DNA of 64,000 bases. It comes from an uncultured virus (IMG/VR IMGVR_UViG_2061766007_000494). Lineage: Duplodnaviria > Heunggongvirae > Uroviricota > Caudoviricetes. Within the stretch, counting starts at the first letter, position 1. Every line of letters starts with the position of its first letter. Shown here in pieces: positions 31,797-42,368 of the stretch. The notes under the pieces are model-generated. The model was not told the origin of the DNA. It worked only from the letters and a program-made list of their open reading frames with translations, and ran no database searches. The DNA is taken from IMG/VR virus record IMGVR_UViG_2061766007_000494; one strand, written 5' to 3'. The position numbers and the translations under genes are program-made.

Positions 31797-31992
31797 AAAA
31801 TGCTCGTCTTTTCCGAGCCGCCATCCTGTATTTTACCATTCCATATGCCCTTATGTTCTGGTGACCGCTTTCCAGGATATATCGGTTCTTCCCTCCTCAA
31901 TGGGCGAGGTGTCCAGCGCTTTCACTATGGTAGTTGCTCACCTTTTGGATGCTGCCACATCCTCACTAGCGTTGACAGCCGCTAGATGGCTT

Positions 31993-32068
31993 TGGTGACC
32001 CCTGCGAGAATCGAACTCAGCGTCTCCGGCTTGAAAGGCCAGCGTCTTAACCGCTTGACTAAGGGGCC
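31993..32068 (-). tRNA. tRNA-Glu(TTC)
   Basis: CTGGC-CTTTCAA-GCCGG; CCA encoded. Confidence 0.85.
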
Positions 32069-32077
32069 ATGTGCCGG

Positions 32078-32210
32078 TCTTTCCCGGCTGTCACCAGTTG
32101 GCACTCCCCATAGCTAAAGCCAGGGGATTCTCGTTTCTCCGAATACCGCCTCTGTCGGGGTCTTACGTATTCTCCACGAGCGTTAAGTTCGGGTGTGCCC
32201 AACCCTACTT
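32078..32210 (-). ncRNA. Stand-alone TnpB-type omegaRNA scaffold plus putative guide
   Basis: GTAGGGTTGGGCACACCCGAACTTAACGCTCGTGGAGA...GAGAATCCCCTGGCTTTAGCTATGGGGAGTGCCAA; no tnpB or left end adjacent. Confidence 0.7.
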
Positions 32211-32302
32211 TTCTGTCAGGGAGATGCCGGTCTTTTTCCGGCTGTCACACTTCTTTGTGCATTTGAATGGTTGCCTTGAAGTGTAGCGCACCCTTCCATT
32301 TG

Positions 32303-32406
32303 TGCCAAGGGCGGGACTCGAACCCGCTACCACCGTTGACGTGTGTTCCGGTTGTATCCCGTTGTTTCAGGGAGCACTCCAAGCTCTACCACTGAGCTAC
32401 CTTGGC
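32303..32406 (-). ncRNA. tRNA-like RNA, class A, copy 2
   Basis: Acceptor GCCAAGG/CCTTGGC, D arm GCTC/GAGC, same T arm as the 5242 copy, ~55-nt non-canonical middle. Confidence 0.7.
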
Positions 32407-32411
32407 ATTCA

Positions 32412-32499
32412 CGAAGAGGGTGAGATTCGAACTCACACAGGCTTGCGCCTTACTGGCGATTTTCAAGACCGCTGCCTTACCAGTTAGGCTTACCTCTCC
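32412..32499 (-). tRNA. tRNA-Ser(TGA)
   Basis: GCGGT-CTTGAAA-ATCGC, long variable arm, G73; no encoded CCA. Confidence 0.9.
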
Positions 32500-32685
32500 A
32501 TGTATCGGTCTATTCCCGATTGTCAACCTAGCGTTTCAGGCTCTTTTTAGGGACTTCTCCCATTCACGCATAGTCCATTTGAGCCAAGGGCTATAGGATT
32601 CACCCCACATCGCCGACAGTGTTTCAGCTTCCCTACGTGTGGGGGATGGTCGATATTTTTTAATCGCATCATCCACTCTGCGATA

Positions 32686-32842
32686 CCATTGATGAAATCC
32701 CCGCTTTTGGGACGCTGGCTCGTTCCGCATTCACAATCATCGGGGCTTGGGGACGTTCGTTCAGGACTTCCTACGCCATCCGACTTCTCCACTACTACGG
32801 TATTTGCCGTAACGCTCTCGCTTGCGGTGTCCACGGAGGAAT
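32686..32842 (-). ncRNA. 157-nt structured RNA, copy 2, abutting the CCA of the CAT-anticodon tRNA
   Basis: 4 differences from 5359..5515. Confidence 0.65.
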
Positions 32843-32918
32843 GGTGTACCCGGAGGGCTTTGAACCCCCGACCCGCTGATTATGAGTCAGCCGCTCTTTC
32901 CTACTGAGCTACGGGTAC
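32842..32918 (-). tRNA. tRNA-Met/Ile2(CAT)
   Basis: GCTGA-CTCATAA-TCAGC; CCA encoded. Confidence 0.88.
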
Positions 32919-33244
32919 ATATCACTTCTTACGAGATGCAATCGACGCGGTGACTATCACGCCCAGTAGAATTCCACCGAAGAACCACGCAACAACAGCC
33001 ATAGCTTTCCTCCGCCTTAATAGAAGGGGCCGCATCGTGAGGAATCATCACCCCACGGACGGCAGAACTGTTCCGCCGCAGCGATATGTTGGGCCATCGC
33101 TTCTCAACACTTCCGAAGGAGGTACACGCATGGAATCCGTACCTGGACTCACCATGCAGCCGAATCGTTCGGGGTCTCCACCGAACGGACATCTTGCGAT
33201 GCAGCGCTAGACGGCCAGTTGCGCTTCTCACGGCTAGAAAGGAC

Positions 33245-33320
33245 GGGGGCGCACCGGATTCGAACCGGAGGGGTATCACAGTACCCAGCGTAGCGCCGTG
33301 CTTCCCTGCACCTGCGCCCC
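33245..33320 (-). ncRNA. tRNA-like RNA, class B, copy 2
   Basis: Acceptor GGGGCGC/GCGCCCC, D arm GTGC/GCAC, stub arm GGCG-CTA-CGCT, variable arm GGGTA/TACCC, TTCGAAT T loop. Confidence 0.7.
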
Positions 33321-33694
33321 ATATCTACTCAAGGGGGAATGACGGATTACCGTACACAGGGCATCACCACCTTCACTCGAACAACTCCTTTGTTTTGAAG
33401 TCGTGCCCTTCCAAGTATTGTTCGATAACCTTAACCCCAGGGAACTTACTTCGCATTTCCTTGACCGGAAGGTAATAGTCCAAAGAGAAGCTACGAACGT
33501 GTTGGAACTCAGGCTTAATCAGTTCCCGGTCTGACCTCTGCCAGTCTGTCTTGATTCTCCCACAAACCTTGCATCGTTGTCCCCAGTTAAAGAAGACGTA
33601 CTTCACTATGCAAGTTTCGTACTCGTGCTTGTGGTCACTTCTCTTTTCGCTCTTGCTTTTGCCGCTAGGTTTCTTTTTCCGGTAGGATGGAACG

Positions 33695-34111
33695 TCACTC
33701 TCCATCGCGCTTCTCCACGGTAATCTTCGGTTCTGAACCCCAAATGTATACGGGGTCTGCATCTACCGTCCAAGTTTCCCGCTTGTCCTCCGGGAGCTGG
33801 TGCCAGAAGAAGTTTCGGATTACTGAGTACATATCCAACGCCACCTGAACATCCTCGGTCTTTCTGAAGTGCTCAAGGTTTCCACCGGATGCAGCTCGCA
33901 TCGCCAGTTCCAACATCTCTTTGCAGGCATCTTGGCGGAGGATACGTTTGTCGAACTCCGGGTCATCGGGCTTGTAATCATAGTGCAGCCATGCCAGGTC
34001 TTCAGCCATGTCCCAGGTCTGTCCCATACACATCCTCGCCCAGCTCTCGCAAACCTTCAGCAAGAGGCGAAGCTGACGTTCGTTCAGGGTGATGGTGTAC
34101 TTATCGCTCAA
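33695..34111 (-). CDS. Phage hypothetical protein, paralog of 5918..6336
   Basis: Full-length similarity. Confidence 0.75.
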   Translation of the reverse strand: MSDKYTITLNERQLRLLLKVCESWARMCMGQTWDMAEDLAWLHYDYKPDDPEFDKRILRQDACKEMLELAMRAASGGNLEHFRKTEDVQVALDMYSVIRNFFWHQLPEDKRETWTVDADPVYIWGSEPKITVEKRDGE

Positions 34112-34512
34112 TCTTCGCCCTCCCAGGTAAGTCGTAGGCCATCTTCATTCTCCAAAGTGTCCAGCATATCTTGTAGCGATAGCCGCTTGTCCCGAATGTC
34201 CCTAAGGTACTCCATCGAGCCATCGTACAGCTTGCGCTTGTCTTCCATTTCGAAACCGAACCTATCGTGAAGAACCCGAAGAACCACAGCCCAGGTAGTC
34301 TTGTGCGTGTTGAAGGTAGCGTTCCGCTTCTCGGTTTCCACAACCCTCCGAAGCTGATTCTCAAGCTCGATTAGCTCTTTCAGGGTCAGCTTTGACTTCA
34401 GCGCCGAACTCAAATCTTCAGACAGAGCGGAGGAGTAGGTAGGCTCGTACACCAGCGGCTTCGGCTTCCGAACTTTCCCGGAACCATGCTTATTCTTCCT
34501 CGACGTTGGCAT
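34108..34512 (-). CDS. Phage hypothetical protein
   Basis: Coupled ORF in operon. Confidence 0.6.
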   Translation of the reverse strand: MPTSRKNKHGSGKVRKPKPLVYEPTYSSALSEDLSSALKSKLTLKELIELENQLRRVVETEKRNATFNTHKTTWAVVLRVLHDRFGFEMEDKRKLYDGSMEYLRDIRDKRLSLQDMLDTLENEDGLRLTWEGED

Positions 34513-34969
34513 CTTTCTCCTCCAGGAATTCCCAACTTTGCGGTGCTCTCGTTAAACCGAACTCGCTCAATTCCCTCGGCTTCTCATAGACCTTCAGGCC
34601 GGAGATGTGCCAGCCATACAGAATCTTTCCGTTGCCGTAGTCAGCGAACTCGTTGGGTGTCAGACACGTCGCCTTGTAGTCAATGTCCTTCGCCAAATAA
34701 GTCCCAGGCTCGACTTTTCGGTAGTAGGTGTGCGGAGAACCAGTCGTGCCTATCCGAGCGTAACGCTCAATGTAGTCGCAGGTGAACTCGCCGACAACCC
34801 TCCCAGCACGCTCGTTCCAATCTCCGAATTTTGGAAGAGTGTGGTAAATGTAGACTTTGAACGGGGTGTCTATCGAAGGACGAGTCTTGCGAACCTCTAT
34901 GGTTTTACTGCCTTCCAGTATCAGCTCCGTCCATTTCGGTTGAATGGAAATCAGAACCGCCCTGCTCAT
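34490..34969 (-). CDS. ASCH-domain protein
   Basis: VLISIQPKW.ELILEGSKTIEVRK...RAPQSW. Confidence 0.85.
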   Translation of the reverse strand: MSRAVLISIQPKWTELILEGSKTIEVRKTRPSIDTPFKVYIYHTLPKFGDWNERAGRVVGEFTCDYIERYARIGTTGSPHTYYRKVEPGTYLAKDIDYKATCLTPNEFADYGNGKILYGWHISGLKVYEKPRELSEFGLTRAPQSWEFLEEKDANVEEE

Positions 34970-36064
34970 GCCCTAGTCCTCCTGTTAAGTTCCTTTTGGA
35001 ACCGACCGTACCACGCATCATCCTCTCCCACAATCCTCATGCAGTTGCGGATGTGTGATTCGGTCATGTTCTTCAAGGCAATCTTCCCGTTCTTGGAGAG
35101 CCAGTAGTCGTTAGGCAACCCGAAAGGGTAGTCCCGCTCAAATGCGTAATCGTCCAGCAGTTCAGAACCCAGACCCACGTTAAACCTCCACAACAGGAAC
35201 CGAATATACGTCTATCGAGAACTCCCCACAATCAAGGTCTATGAATCGCTTGACAAAAGGAACCTTATCGACGTACTCCTTTTCTTTGGCTTCAAGTGCC
35301 TCCCTCAACAGAATGGCAGACGCTTCGTCCTTGACTATCGCCACAGGAGTTACTAGTTGGTCATCATAGTCGCCGTGTGACATCGCAAGAATGTATGCTT
35401 CCATCAGCAAGTACCCTGCCACTTCACGGTGTTGAATTCCTTCAGCGCACGGGAAGCATGGTCAAGGACATCCTTTGCTACTGCCATCTCCTCAGCCTTA
35501 ATGAAATCGTTTTCATCAGCCCAGGGGTGTGACTTTCTGAACTCAGCGAATTCCTTTCCCAGTTCTTTGAGCCGAAGGGAAGCTTCGTTCTTGTAATCGG
35601 ACAGCAGCTTGTGAATCAAAGTCAGGGTTTCAAAGCTCATCTTCGCTCTCTCTTTCCAAAGCTTCTTTGATGTTACCAATGTTTTTGGTGATTATTTCCA
35701 TTATGATATCGGAGTTGATTTTGTGGGCGAATACCGCCATGTCCTGAGCATCTGCTTGGAAATATGCCGTTATCGAACTCTCGTCATCCAATATGGCGAC
35801 AATGCAGGCACTTCTAATTTTTTGACCAGAGCTGAACAGCGCGGCGACCCCTTCTTCCAGCCATGCTGCAAACTCTTCCTGTTCACTGAATCCGTTAAAA
35901 TCGTCCATCGGAACCTCCACAAATGACGCTTTATTACCAAAGCGACAATAATATATCATACCATATGGTAATTGTCAATACTGTGTCAAAAAATAATTTA
36001 CTATATCGCATAAATATGGTATGATTGGCATGGGATAACCTTATATTATAAAGGATGATAAAGA

Positions 36065-37222
36065 ATGAGAAAGAATAATAAGGGTGCGAACGGCGGAGGA
36101 AGCATCAAACATCGGGACGATGGAAGATGGGAAGGGCGCTACACCTATTACGATGAATACGGGAACCAAAAGCGGGGGAGTGTCTATGCGAAGACCCAGG
36201 GTGAATGCCGAAAGCTCCTTGCTACGAAGGTAATGGAGATAGACAGAACCGGGACCTATAAGGAGCCAAGCTCGTTTACCTACAGGGAGTGGTTTGCTCT
36301 GTGGGTGGAGTCCAAATCCGTGAATTGGAAGCCGAACACTAAATACAACTACTGCCAAAAGGCGGAGAAGTATATCATGCCCAAGATAGGGAATCGGAAG
36401 CTGACCGAAATAACGGCAGTGATGTGTCAACGCCTTATCAATAGTTTTACTACCGAAAGGAAACTCAACCCAAAAACGGTGAAGAATCTTCATTCTATCC
36501 TCCATTCCAGCCTCGAAGGTGCTGTAAAGGCAAACGAGATTCCTCATAATCCGGCAAGTGGATTAGAGCTACCAAGGATTACAAAGCCTATTCTACACCC
36601 TCTAATGGATGACGATATTGGTATTCTCCTGAAGGCGGCGGACGGCAGTGAATACTACGACTTCATTGTGGTTGCAATTTTCACGGGTATGCGTATCAGC
36701 GAGCTTATCGGTCTGAAGTGGAAGGATGTGTCGTTCAAGGACAGGCTTATTACGGTGTCCCATCAACTGCAACGCTCCGAAGATACAGGTGAGTATCAGA
36801 GTGTCACCCCCAAGAACGGGAAGCCTAGAATAGTCCCTATCGCGCAATCAATGGTGTCGGTCTTTAAGGGCATCAAGAGCAAGCAGGCTGAACGACAGCT
36901 ACGGGCAGGCGAGCTGTGGGAGGGCGAAGGATACGTATTTACAGACGAACTCGGACATCACTATAAGCAGTCCACCGTTCAGCATCACTTCAAACAGATT
37001 GCTCGGTCAGCAGGCTTTGATGAAACCAGGTTTCATGACCTCCGGCACTCCTGTGCGATATTGGCTCTACAGACAGGTGCAGACATCAAATCGGTTTCGG
37101 ATATGTTGGGTCACTACAGTACCGCGTTTACAATGGATGTCTACGGCGACGTTTCCGAATCCATGAAGGAGCAGACTAGGAATACGATGGAACGGGCGTT
37201 TCTTGCGACAGTAAAGAAATAG
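36065..37222 (+). CDS. int: Tyrosine integrase
   Basis: TGMRISE, HDLRHS and LGH...TMDVY catalytic motifs. Confidence 0.95.
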   Translation: MRKNNKGANGGGSIKHRDDGRWEGRYTYYDEYGNQKRGSVYAKTQGECRKLLATKVMEIDRTGTYKEPSSFTYREWFALWVESKSVNWKPNTKYNYCQKAEKYIMPKIGNRKLTEITAVMCQRLINSFTTERKLNPKTVKNLHSILHSSLEGAVKANEIPHNPASGLELPRITKPILHPLMDDDIGILLKAADGSEYYDFIVVAIFTGMRISELIGLKWKDVSFKDRLITVSHQLQRSEDTGEYQSVTPKNGKPRIVPIAQSMVSVFKGIKSKQAERQLRAGELWEGEGYVFTDELGHHYKQSTVQHHFKQIARSAGFDETRFHDLRHSCAILALQTGADIKSVSDMLGHYSTAFTMDVYGDVSESMKEQTRNTMERAFLATVKK

Positions 37223-37235
37223 ACCAATAATCTAG

Positions 37236-37518
37236 TTGGGGTCAAAATTGGGGTCAAGCCGATACAGCAATACATAGCTGTGAAAAATAAGGGTCAGTAG
37301 CTGTTGCTTATATAATAAAGAATCGGAAGAATTATAACAATTCCTCCGATTCTGACGTGGTGCGGGCACGGGGACTTGAATTTCGCCTTTGGGGTGGTAG
37401 TGTTTAATATCTGTTATCACACAGTATCGTGCATTTGCGGTGACAGGCTCTAGCTTATTATATAATGTTATACACTATCACACATTATCATCGGCTTTGG
37501 GGTCAAAGCTGGGGTCAA
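37236..37518. other. attP: tRNA 3'-end core (37358..37380) flanked by paired TGGGGTCAA arm sites
   Basis: Core reverse complement TTCAAGTCCCCGTGCCCGCACCA (Leu-like); arm repeats at 37236, 37248, 37497 and 37509. Confidence 0.8.
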
Positions 37519-38453
37519 AAAGAACAACGTCGCCTCCCTGTGTGGGAAACGGCGTTGTTGGGAAGGGAGAGGCATACATAGAACAAACCAGAAAGAACCT
37601 ACCGATAGTATATACCATAAGTGCAACAATGTCAACATTGGGTGCAAATGCGCCTGTCCGGTTTATTGGACATAGGAATCTCGTATAATGAGTATAGATA
37701 AAACAAAATACTCAGGAAAAGGACGGAAAACAAAATGAGCGAAGTATTCCTGCATATCATCAACGCACGTACCCTGCTTGGAATCCTGTACGAGTATATC
37801 GACGAAGACAGCGATATTTTCTTTGCCATCGAAACCGCATACAACGAAGTGTCGAAGGCGGAGGAAGCCGCCAAAGAATGCGAGCCGTAAAGAATACCCC
37901 CCTCAATCGAGGGGGGATTCTTCTTCGAAATACTCAGCAATAAAAGCATCCATAGCTTTCGTGAACACTGCGTTCGGTGTGGTGCCTGCGGATTTGCAGG
38001 CAGCTTTGAAACGCTCCACCTTGTCTTTCCTTGCCTTGCAGCTTAGTACGGACATATTGGCAGCATCCCATTTGTTTTTCGCTTTTTTGTGACTATCAGA
38101 AACCGGCAAGATTTCCTCCTCCCCTTTGTTACATATCCGGTACAATACGGTCATACGGTGTAATTTTCGCCAAATCCGCAGGGAATAATTTGTGCAACAT
38201 TCCATCTTGAAATGTACGGTAATACGGTATATAATCACAATCAGAAAGGGAAACAAAACGAATCAAAAAGGAGAACAAACGATGAAATACTTTGTGATTG
38301 CTCGGAAGTGGGACGGAGAGAAGCAGACCACTTACATTGCCGGAGAGTTTTCCGATTGGGCGAACGCGAACATTTTCTGTAAGGCGTACAACGAGCATTA
38401 CAAAGCTGGTGCGCTGATTGTGAGCGAGGATGACCTTGTGAAAAAGTGATTCC

Positions 38454-38690
38454 TCACTCACTTTTTTCTTCGATTTTGGTTGGGATGCAGCCTTCCTCAC
38501 CGTTGTCACGTTCCATTGTCTCGGCGATTGCCCGATTGATAAAGGCATTTACGCTGCCGCCATCCGTTTTCGCCGCGTGAGATTGAATCAGTTCCTTCCT
38601 GCCCTTCGGAACCCTGAGTTCAAGTCGTTCATAGTTTTCTGAATTGTACTTAGCGACTGCCCTACGTTGGGCATCACTCTTGATTGCCAT
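38454..38690 (-). CDS. Arc/RHH-like small regulator
   Basis: AQRRAVAKYN..NYERLELRVPKGRKE...SVNAFINRAI. Confidence 0.75.
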   Translation of the reverse strand: MAIKSDAQRRAVAKYNSENYERLELRVPKGRKELIQSHAAKTDGGSVNAFINRAIAETMERDNGEEGCIPTKIEEKSE

Positions 38691-39168
38691 TATAAAAGCC
38701 TCCGTTTCCAGCATCCGAAGTATAGCACACATTGTCTACTGCCGTCAATATATAAAATCAACAATATGACGGCAGTATATTTGTGCAAAATTCCATCTTG
38801 CAAAAATCTACTGACGGCAGTATACTGTATTCAGACAGGGCAGGGAAGCCGTCAGTGACAAAGCAGCACGGTAAGCTTCGGGATTGAAAGAGCTTGAAAG
38901 AAATGCCAAGAGGCTAGAGACTCATGCCCTCCCGAACGCGGCTTCCTCCCTCAATAAAAAGGAGACAGGTTACATGGACACCTCAAAAATGATGATGCAC
39001 ACGCACAAAGCCGAAAGCCTCCTGAAGTTGGTAATCAACTTTATGGACACGGAAGAAGACGGAAACCGATTCAGTGACATCCGAGATGCGATTGAGGTTG
39101 CACATGACGAATTGGTGGAGATGAAGACGGAACTGTACTTCACCAAGATTGATTAAGGAGGGCGTAAA

Positions 39169-39489
39169 ATGTATAACCTGCGTGAGATTATGATTCGGGC
39201 TTGGGCGAACTTCCGCAAGGGCGGCATTACCTTCGGCGAAGCCCTGCACCGTTCTTGGCTGAGTGCCAAGGCCGCTCCTGTGAACGCCGCCATTATTGAG
39301 GAAGCCAAGGCTGAGGCTGGCATTGATGAAGAGTGCCGCACTTGGAGCGAGTGGAAGAAGCTCGGCTTCGAGGTGATTCACGGCAGCAAGGCGCTGTTCG
39401 GCTGCGACTTGATTTACGGCGCAAAGGGTGACGGCGCGATTTACAAGGCCCGGTTCTTTGGCCTGAGCCAGGTTCAGGCGGTTGCCTGA
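39169..39489 (+). CDS. Small protein with ArdC-N-like ssDNA-binding motif
   Basis: TWSEWKKLGFEVIHGSKA...FFGLSQV. Confidence 0.5.
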   Translation: MYNLREIMIRAWANFRKGGITFGEALHRSWLSAKAAPVNAAIIEEAKAEAGIDEECRTWSEWKKLGFEVIHGSKALFGCDLIYGAKGDGAIYKARFFGLSQVQAVA

Positions 39490-39742
39490 GAAAGGAGAGA
39501 ACGATGCATATTCGGAGCTGGCATATGTGGGAGCCTCTGACCGGTGTTGAGCACTGCCTGGATGCGTACAGGTATTCCGGTGGGTACGTCCTGCTGGTGG
39601 ACGGTGAGTTTTACGCCGACGCGGAAAGCATGGACGGAATTGAGGAAGAAATGGTGGATGCCATTAACGCATACCGCTGGTCTGCACGGAGGCCGGTGGC
39701 ATAACCAATAAAGATACACCCCCGCTTCGGCGGGGTTGTTTT

Positions 39743-40084
39743 TTATTTCTTGTACTTTGCGAGAATCATATCAATAACAGCCTTATCGTCCTTGGAGGCA
39801 CGGTTGTACAGGTGAACCAATTCCGGCACATCATGTTCGTTCATATCATCATTAAGCCCCATGAGCCAATCGGCAGAAACACCAAAATGTTTACACAGAA
39901 CAAGTAGGGACTCCATCGCAGGGAGCCTCTGAGCGGTAACATACCTGCATACCGTGGCGTTGGTTATCCCTGTGTAATATTCAACGTCAGCATATGTGTA
40001 CCCGTGAGAATTGAGTAGTTCCTTAAACCTCTGCCTGAACAATTCCGTATTTTCGCTTACATCATACCTTTTCTTACTTTCCAT
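39743..40084 (-). CDS. CI-like XRE repressor
   Basis: HTH with LCKHFGVSADWLMG; divergent from the cro-like gene. Confidence 0.8.
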   Translation of the reverse strand: MESKKRYDVSENTELFRQRFKELLNSHGYTYADVEYYTGITNATVCRYVTAQRLPAMESLLVLCKHFGVSADWLMGLNDDMNEHDVPELVHLYNRASKDDKAVIDMILAKYKK

Positions 40085-40247
40085 GTGCTTTTCTCTCCCT
40101 TCAAATAATTGACGCTACATTACCACAAAGTGAGAAAATTGTCAACCGTTTGGTAAAACGATTTCCAATTAGTCGAAAAAAATTACCAAAAGTTATTGAC
40201 ATTATGAAGTACAAGTGGTAATATGCGGTCAAAGGAGGCGATTCCAA

Positions 40248-40493
40248 ATGATTGCTATGAGAGAAATAAGAGCTGAACGGATACGCCGAGGCATCAAAGC
40301 ACAGGACATGGCAGCTATGCTTGGCTTAAAGCTGGATAGCTACAGGACGCGGGAGAGCGGCAGGGTGTGTTTCAGCGACCGAGAGAAAGCGGAGATGACA
40401 AGGTTGTTTGGCTGGAGCTACGACCAAATGAACCGTTACCTATACGACGGGGTTCTCCCCGATTTTTTCGGCTCTGAAATTACCGATAGGTAA
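40248..40493 (+). CDS. Cro-like HTH protein
   Basis: IRAERIRRGIKAQDMAAMLG...YRTRESG; first gene of the rightward operon. Confidence 0.75.
   Translation: MIAMREIRAERIRRGIKAQDMAAMLGLKLDSYRTRESGRVCFSDREKAEMTRLFGWSYDQMNRYLYDGVLPDFFGSEITDR
40480..40493. promoter_or_regulatory. Palindromic operator TTACC-N4-GGTAA
   Basis: TTACCGATAGGTAA; perfect second copy at 43857..43870. Confidence 0.65.
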
Positions 40494-40509
40494 GATAGGG
40501 GGAGAACTA

Positions 40510-41157
40510 ATGGTAAGACTTAGAAAAGTGATGTTTCTGGTTTTCTTCTTTGGACTGCTGCTGATGTGCGTTTTGATGGAAGCTTGTATGAAAGAACCTG
40601 AAGCGCAGGCTACGGAAGCTCCTGCGGTGCGGATGGCGGCAAAGATAACTCCGCCATTGGCGGTTGCCTACGAGAAAATGGTGTTAGTAACACCCGCTCC
40701 TACAGAAAAGCCCTCTGAGGGACCGCTGGATGCCCTGTATTTGCTAGAACAGGCTAGGGCGCAGATACGATACTACCGTGAAAATCCTCCCGCAGAAGAA
40801 GCGTGGGAGCCTAGTGACGAAGATATAGCCTATGTGAGCAGGACTGTGTGGGGAGAGGTGAGAGGCTGCGACTACATTGAGCAGCGAGCGCAGGTGTGGT
40901 GCATTCTGAACAGAGTGGATGACCCGCGCTGGCCGGACACGATTGCTGAGGTCGTGCTGGCACCAAGCCAATTCCAAGGCTATTCGATTAACAACCCGGT
41001 TGAGCCGTTTTGGGACTTGGCAAGGGAGATACTGATTATGTGGCACAACGGGGAGAGGGAGATTCCGACAGATATGTGTTTCTGTAGCGGTAAGAACGGA
41101 CACCAAACATTTCGGACGGATTGGATACCGAACGAGAATACGCGGTACTACCCGTGA
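40510..41157 (+). CDS. Membrane-anchored SleB-like cell wall hydrolase
   Basis: N-terminal hydrophobic segment; TVWGEVRG...CILNRVD...TIAEVV..PSQF. Confidence 0.75.
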   Translation: MVRLRKVMFLVFFFGLLLMCVLMEACMKEPEAQATEAPAVRMAAKITPPLAVAYEKMVLVTPAPTEKPSEGPLDALYLLEQARAQIRYYRENPPAEEAWEPSDEDIAYVSRTVWGEVRGCDYIEQRAQVWCILNRVDDPRWPDTIAEVVLAPSQFQGYSINNPVEPFWDLAREILIMWHNGEREIPTDMCFCSGKNGHQTFRTDWIPNENTRYYP

Positions 41158-41585
41158 GAAAGGAAGAAGAACATGAGCGGCGGAAGCCTTAACTACTTTT
41201 ACTCCTACCTGGAAGAGCACGTCGGGGATTTCGGGGACAAGGAGCTGGACGAGCTGGTGAAGGACTTGGCGGAGCTGTTCCACGACCGGGAATGGTACTT
41301 GTCTAGTGACACCGGCGTTGGGAACTGGAACGAAGCCAGGGATGCCTTCAAGGCTAAGTGGTTCACACAGCACGGGCGGCAGGAGAGGATTGAGAAGTAC
41401 CTTGCCGAGTTGGGCAACGAGGTTCGCATGAGTTTCGGGATTGGTGGCGACTACTGCAAGGACTGTCAACATTGGACTGCGGACGAGCGGTACGAAGGCC
41501 GGTACGGCAAGTGTGATTTCCAAAATAGCTGCGTGATGCACCGGAGCGAAAACTGCGAGCAATTTCTGAGGAGGGACAGCGATAA

Positions 41586-42368
41586 GTGAACGTACTGGTT
41601 GCCTGTGAAGAAAGCCAAGAGGTTTGCAAAGCGTTCAGAGATATGGGGCACCGGGCGTTTTCGTGTGATATTCAGGAGTGCAGTGGAGGTCACCCTGAAT
41701 GGCACGTTCAGGGCGATGTTCTACCCCTCCTGAACGGAGACTGTTTCTTTACGACTGCTGACACACACACACACACACAGCGCGGCCCCTGGGATTTGAT
41801 TATAGCCCATCCTCCCTGCACCTACCTGACGATGGTTGCAACGAAGTACCATTCCCTCAAGTGCACACCGCTCGATAAGATTAACGCACGGACGATGCTC
41901 AGGATTGAGGCGATGGACTTCTTTATGAAGTTCGTCAACGCGAATTGCGAGAAGATTGCGATTGAGAATCCGCGAGGCGTGATGAACACGGTGTACCGAC
42001 AGCCCGACCAGACGATAGACCCGTATATGTTTGCGGAGTCTACGCAAGATACCGAGAACTACGTCACCAAAGCGACCTGCCTGTGGCTAAAGGGACTTCC
42101 TCCGCTGGTTGGGTACGGGTTGCCAAAGCCTGACAATGCGGCACTCTACGGTAGATATGCAAACGGGAAAGCGCGGTGTTGGGAAGAGATGCAGAGCGGC
42201 CCCGACCGTAGTAAAACAAGGAGCAAGACGTTCCCCGGCGTGGCAAAGGCCATGTCTGAACAGTGGGGAGGCGGCATGGTTCGTTCGACAGATGCCCTTC
42301 CCGGGCAAATACAGATGGAGTTTGATAATGCAGATTGCAGACAAGATTCAGCTTCCGGTTCTGCCTGA
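41586..42368 (+). CDS. Phage DNA cytosine methyltransferase-like protein with an internal (AC)9 tract
   Basis: VLVACEESQ, AHPPCTYL, IAIENP, RSKTFPGVA. Confidence 0.8.
   Translation: MNVLVACEESQEVCKAFRDMGHRAFSCDIQECSGGHPEWHVQGDVLPLLNGDCFFTTADTHTHTQRGPWDLIIAHPPCTYLTMVATKYHSLKCTPLDKINARTMLRIEAMDFFMKFVNANCEKIAIENPRGVMNTVYRQPDQTIDPYMFAESTQDTENYVTKATCLWLKGLPPLVGYGLPKPDNAALYGRYANGKARCWEEMQSGPDRSKTRSKTFPGVAKAMSEQWGGGMVRSTDALPGQIQMEFDNADCRQDSASGSA

Noticed and set aside
33287..33297. Amber suppressor tRNA (CTA in the loop) explaining the terL stop
   Set aside because: CTA sits in a 3-nt loop on a 4-bp stub with no U33, and the paralog has TGCG there. It is unlikely to decode.
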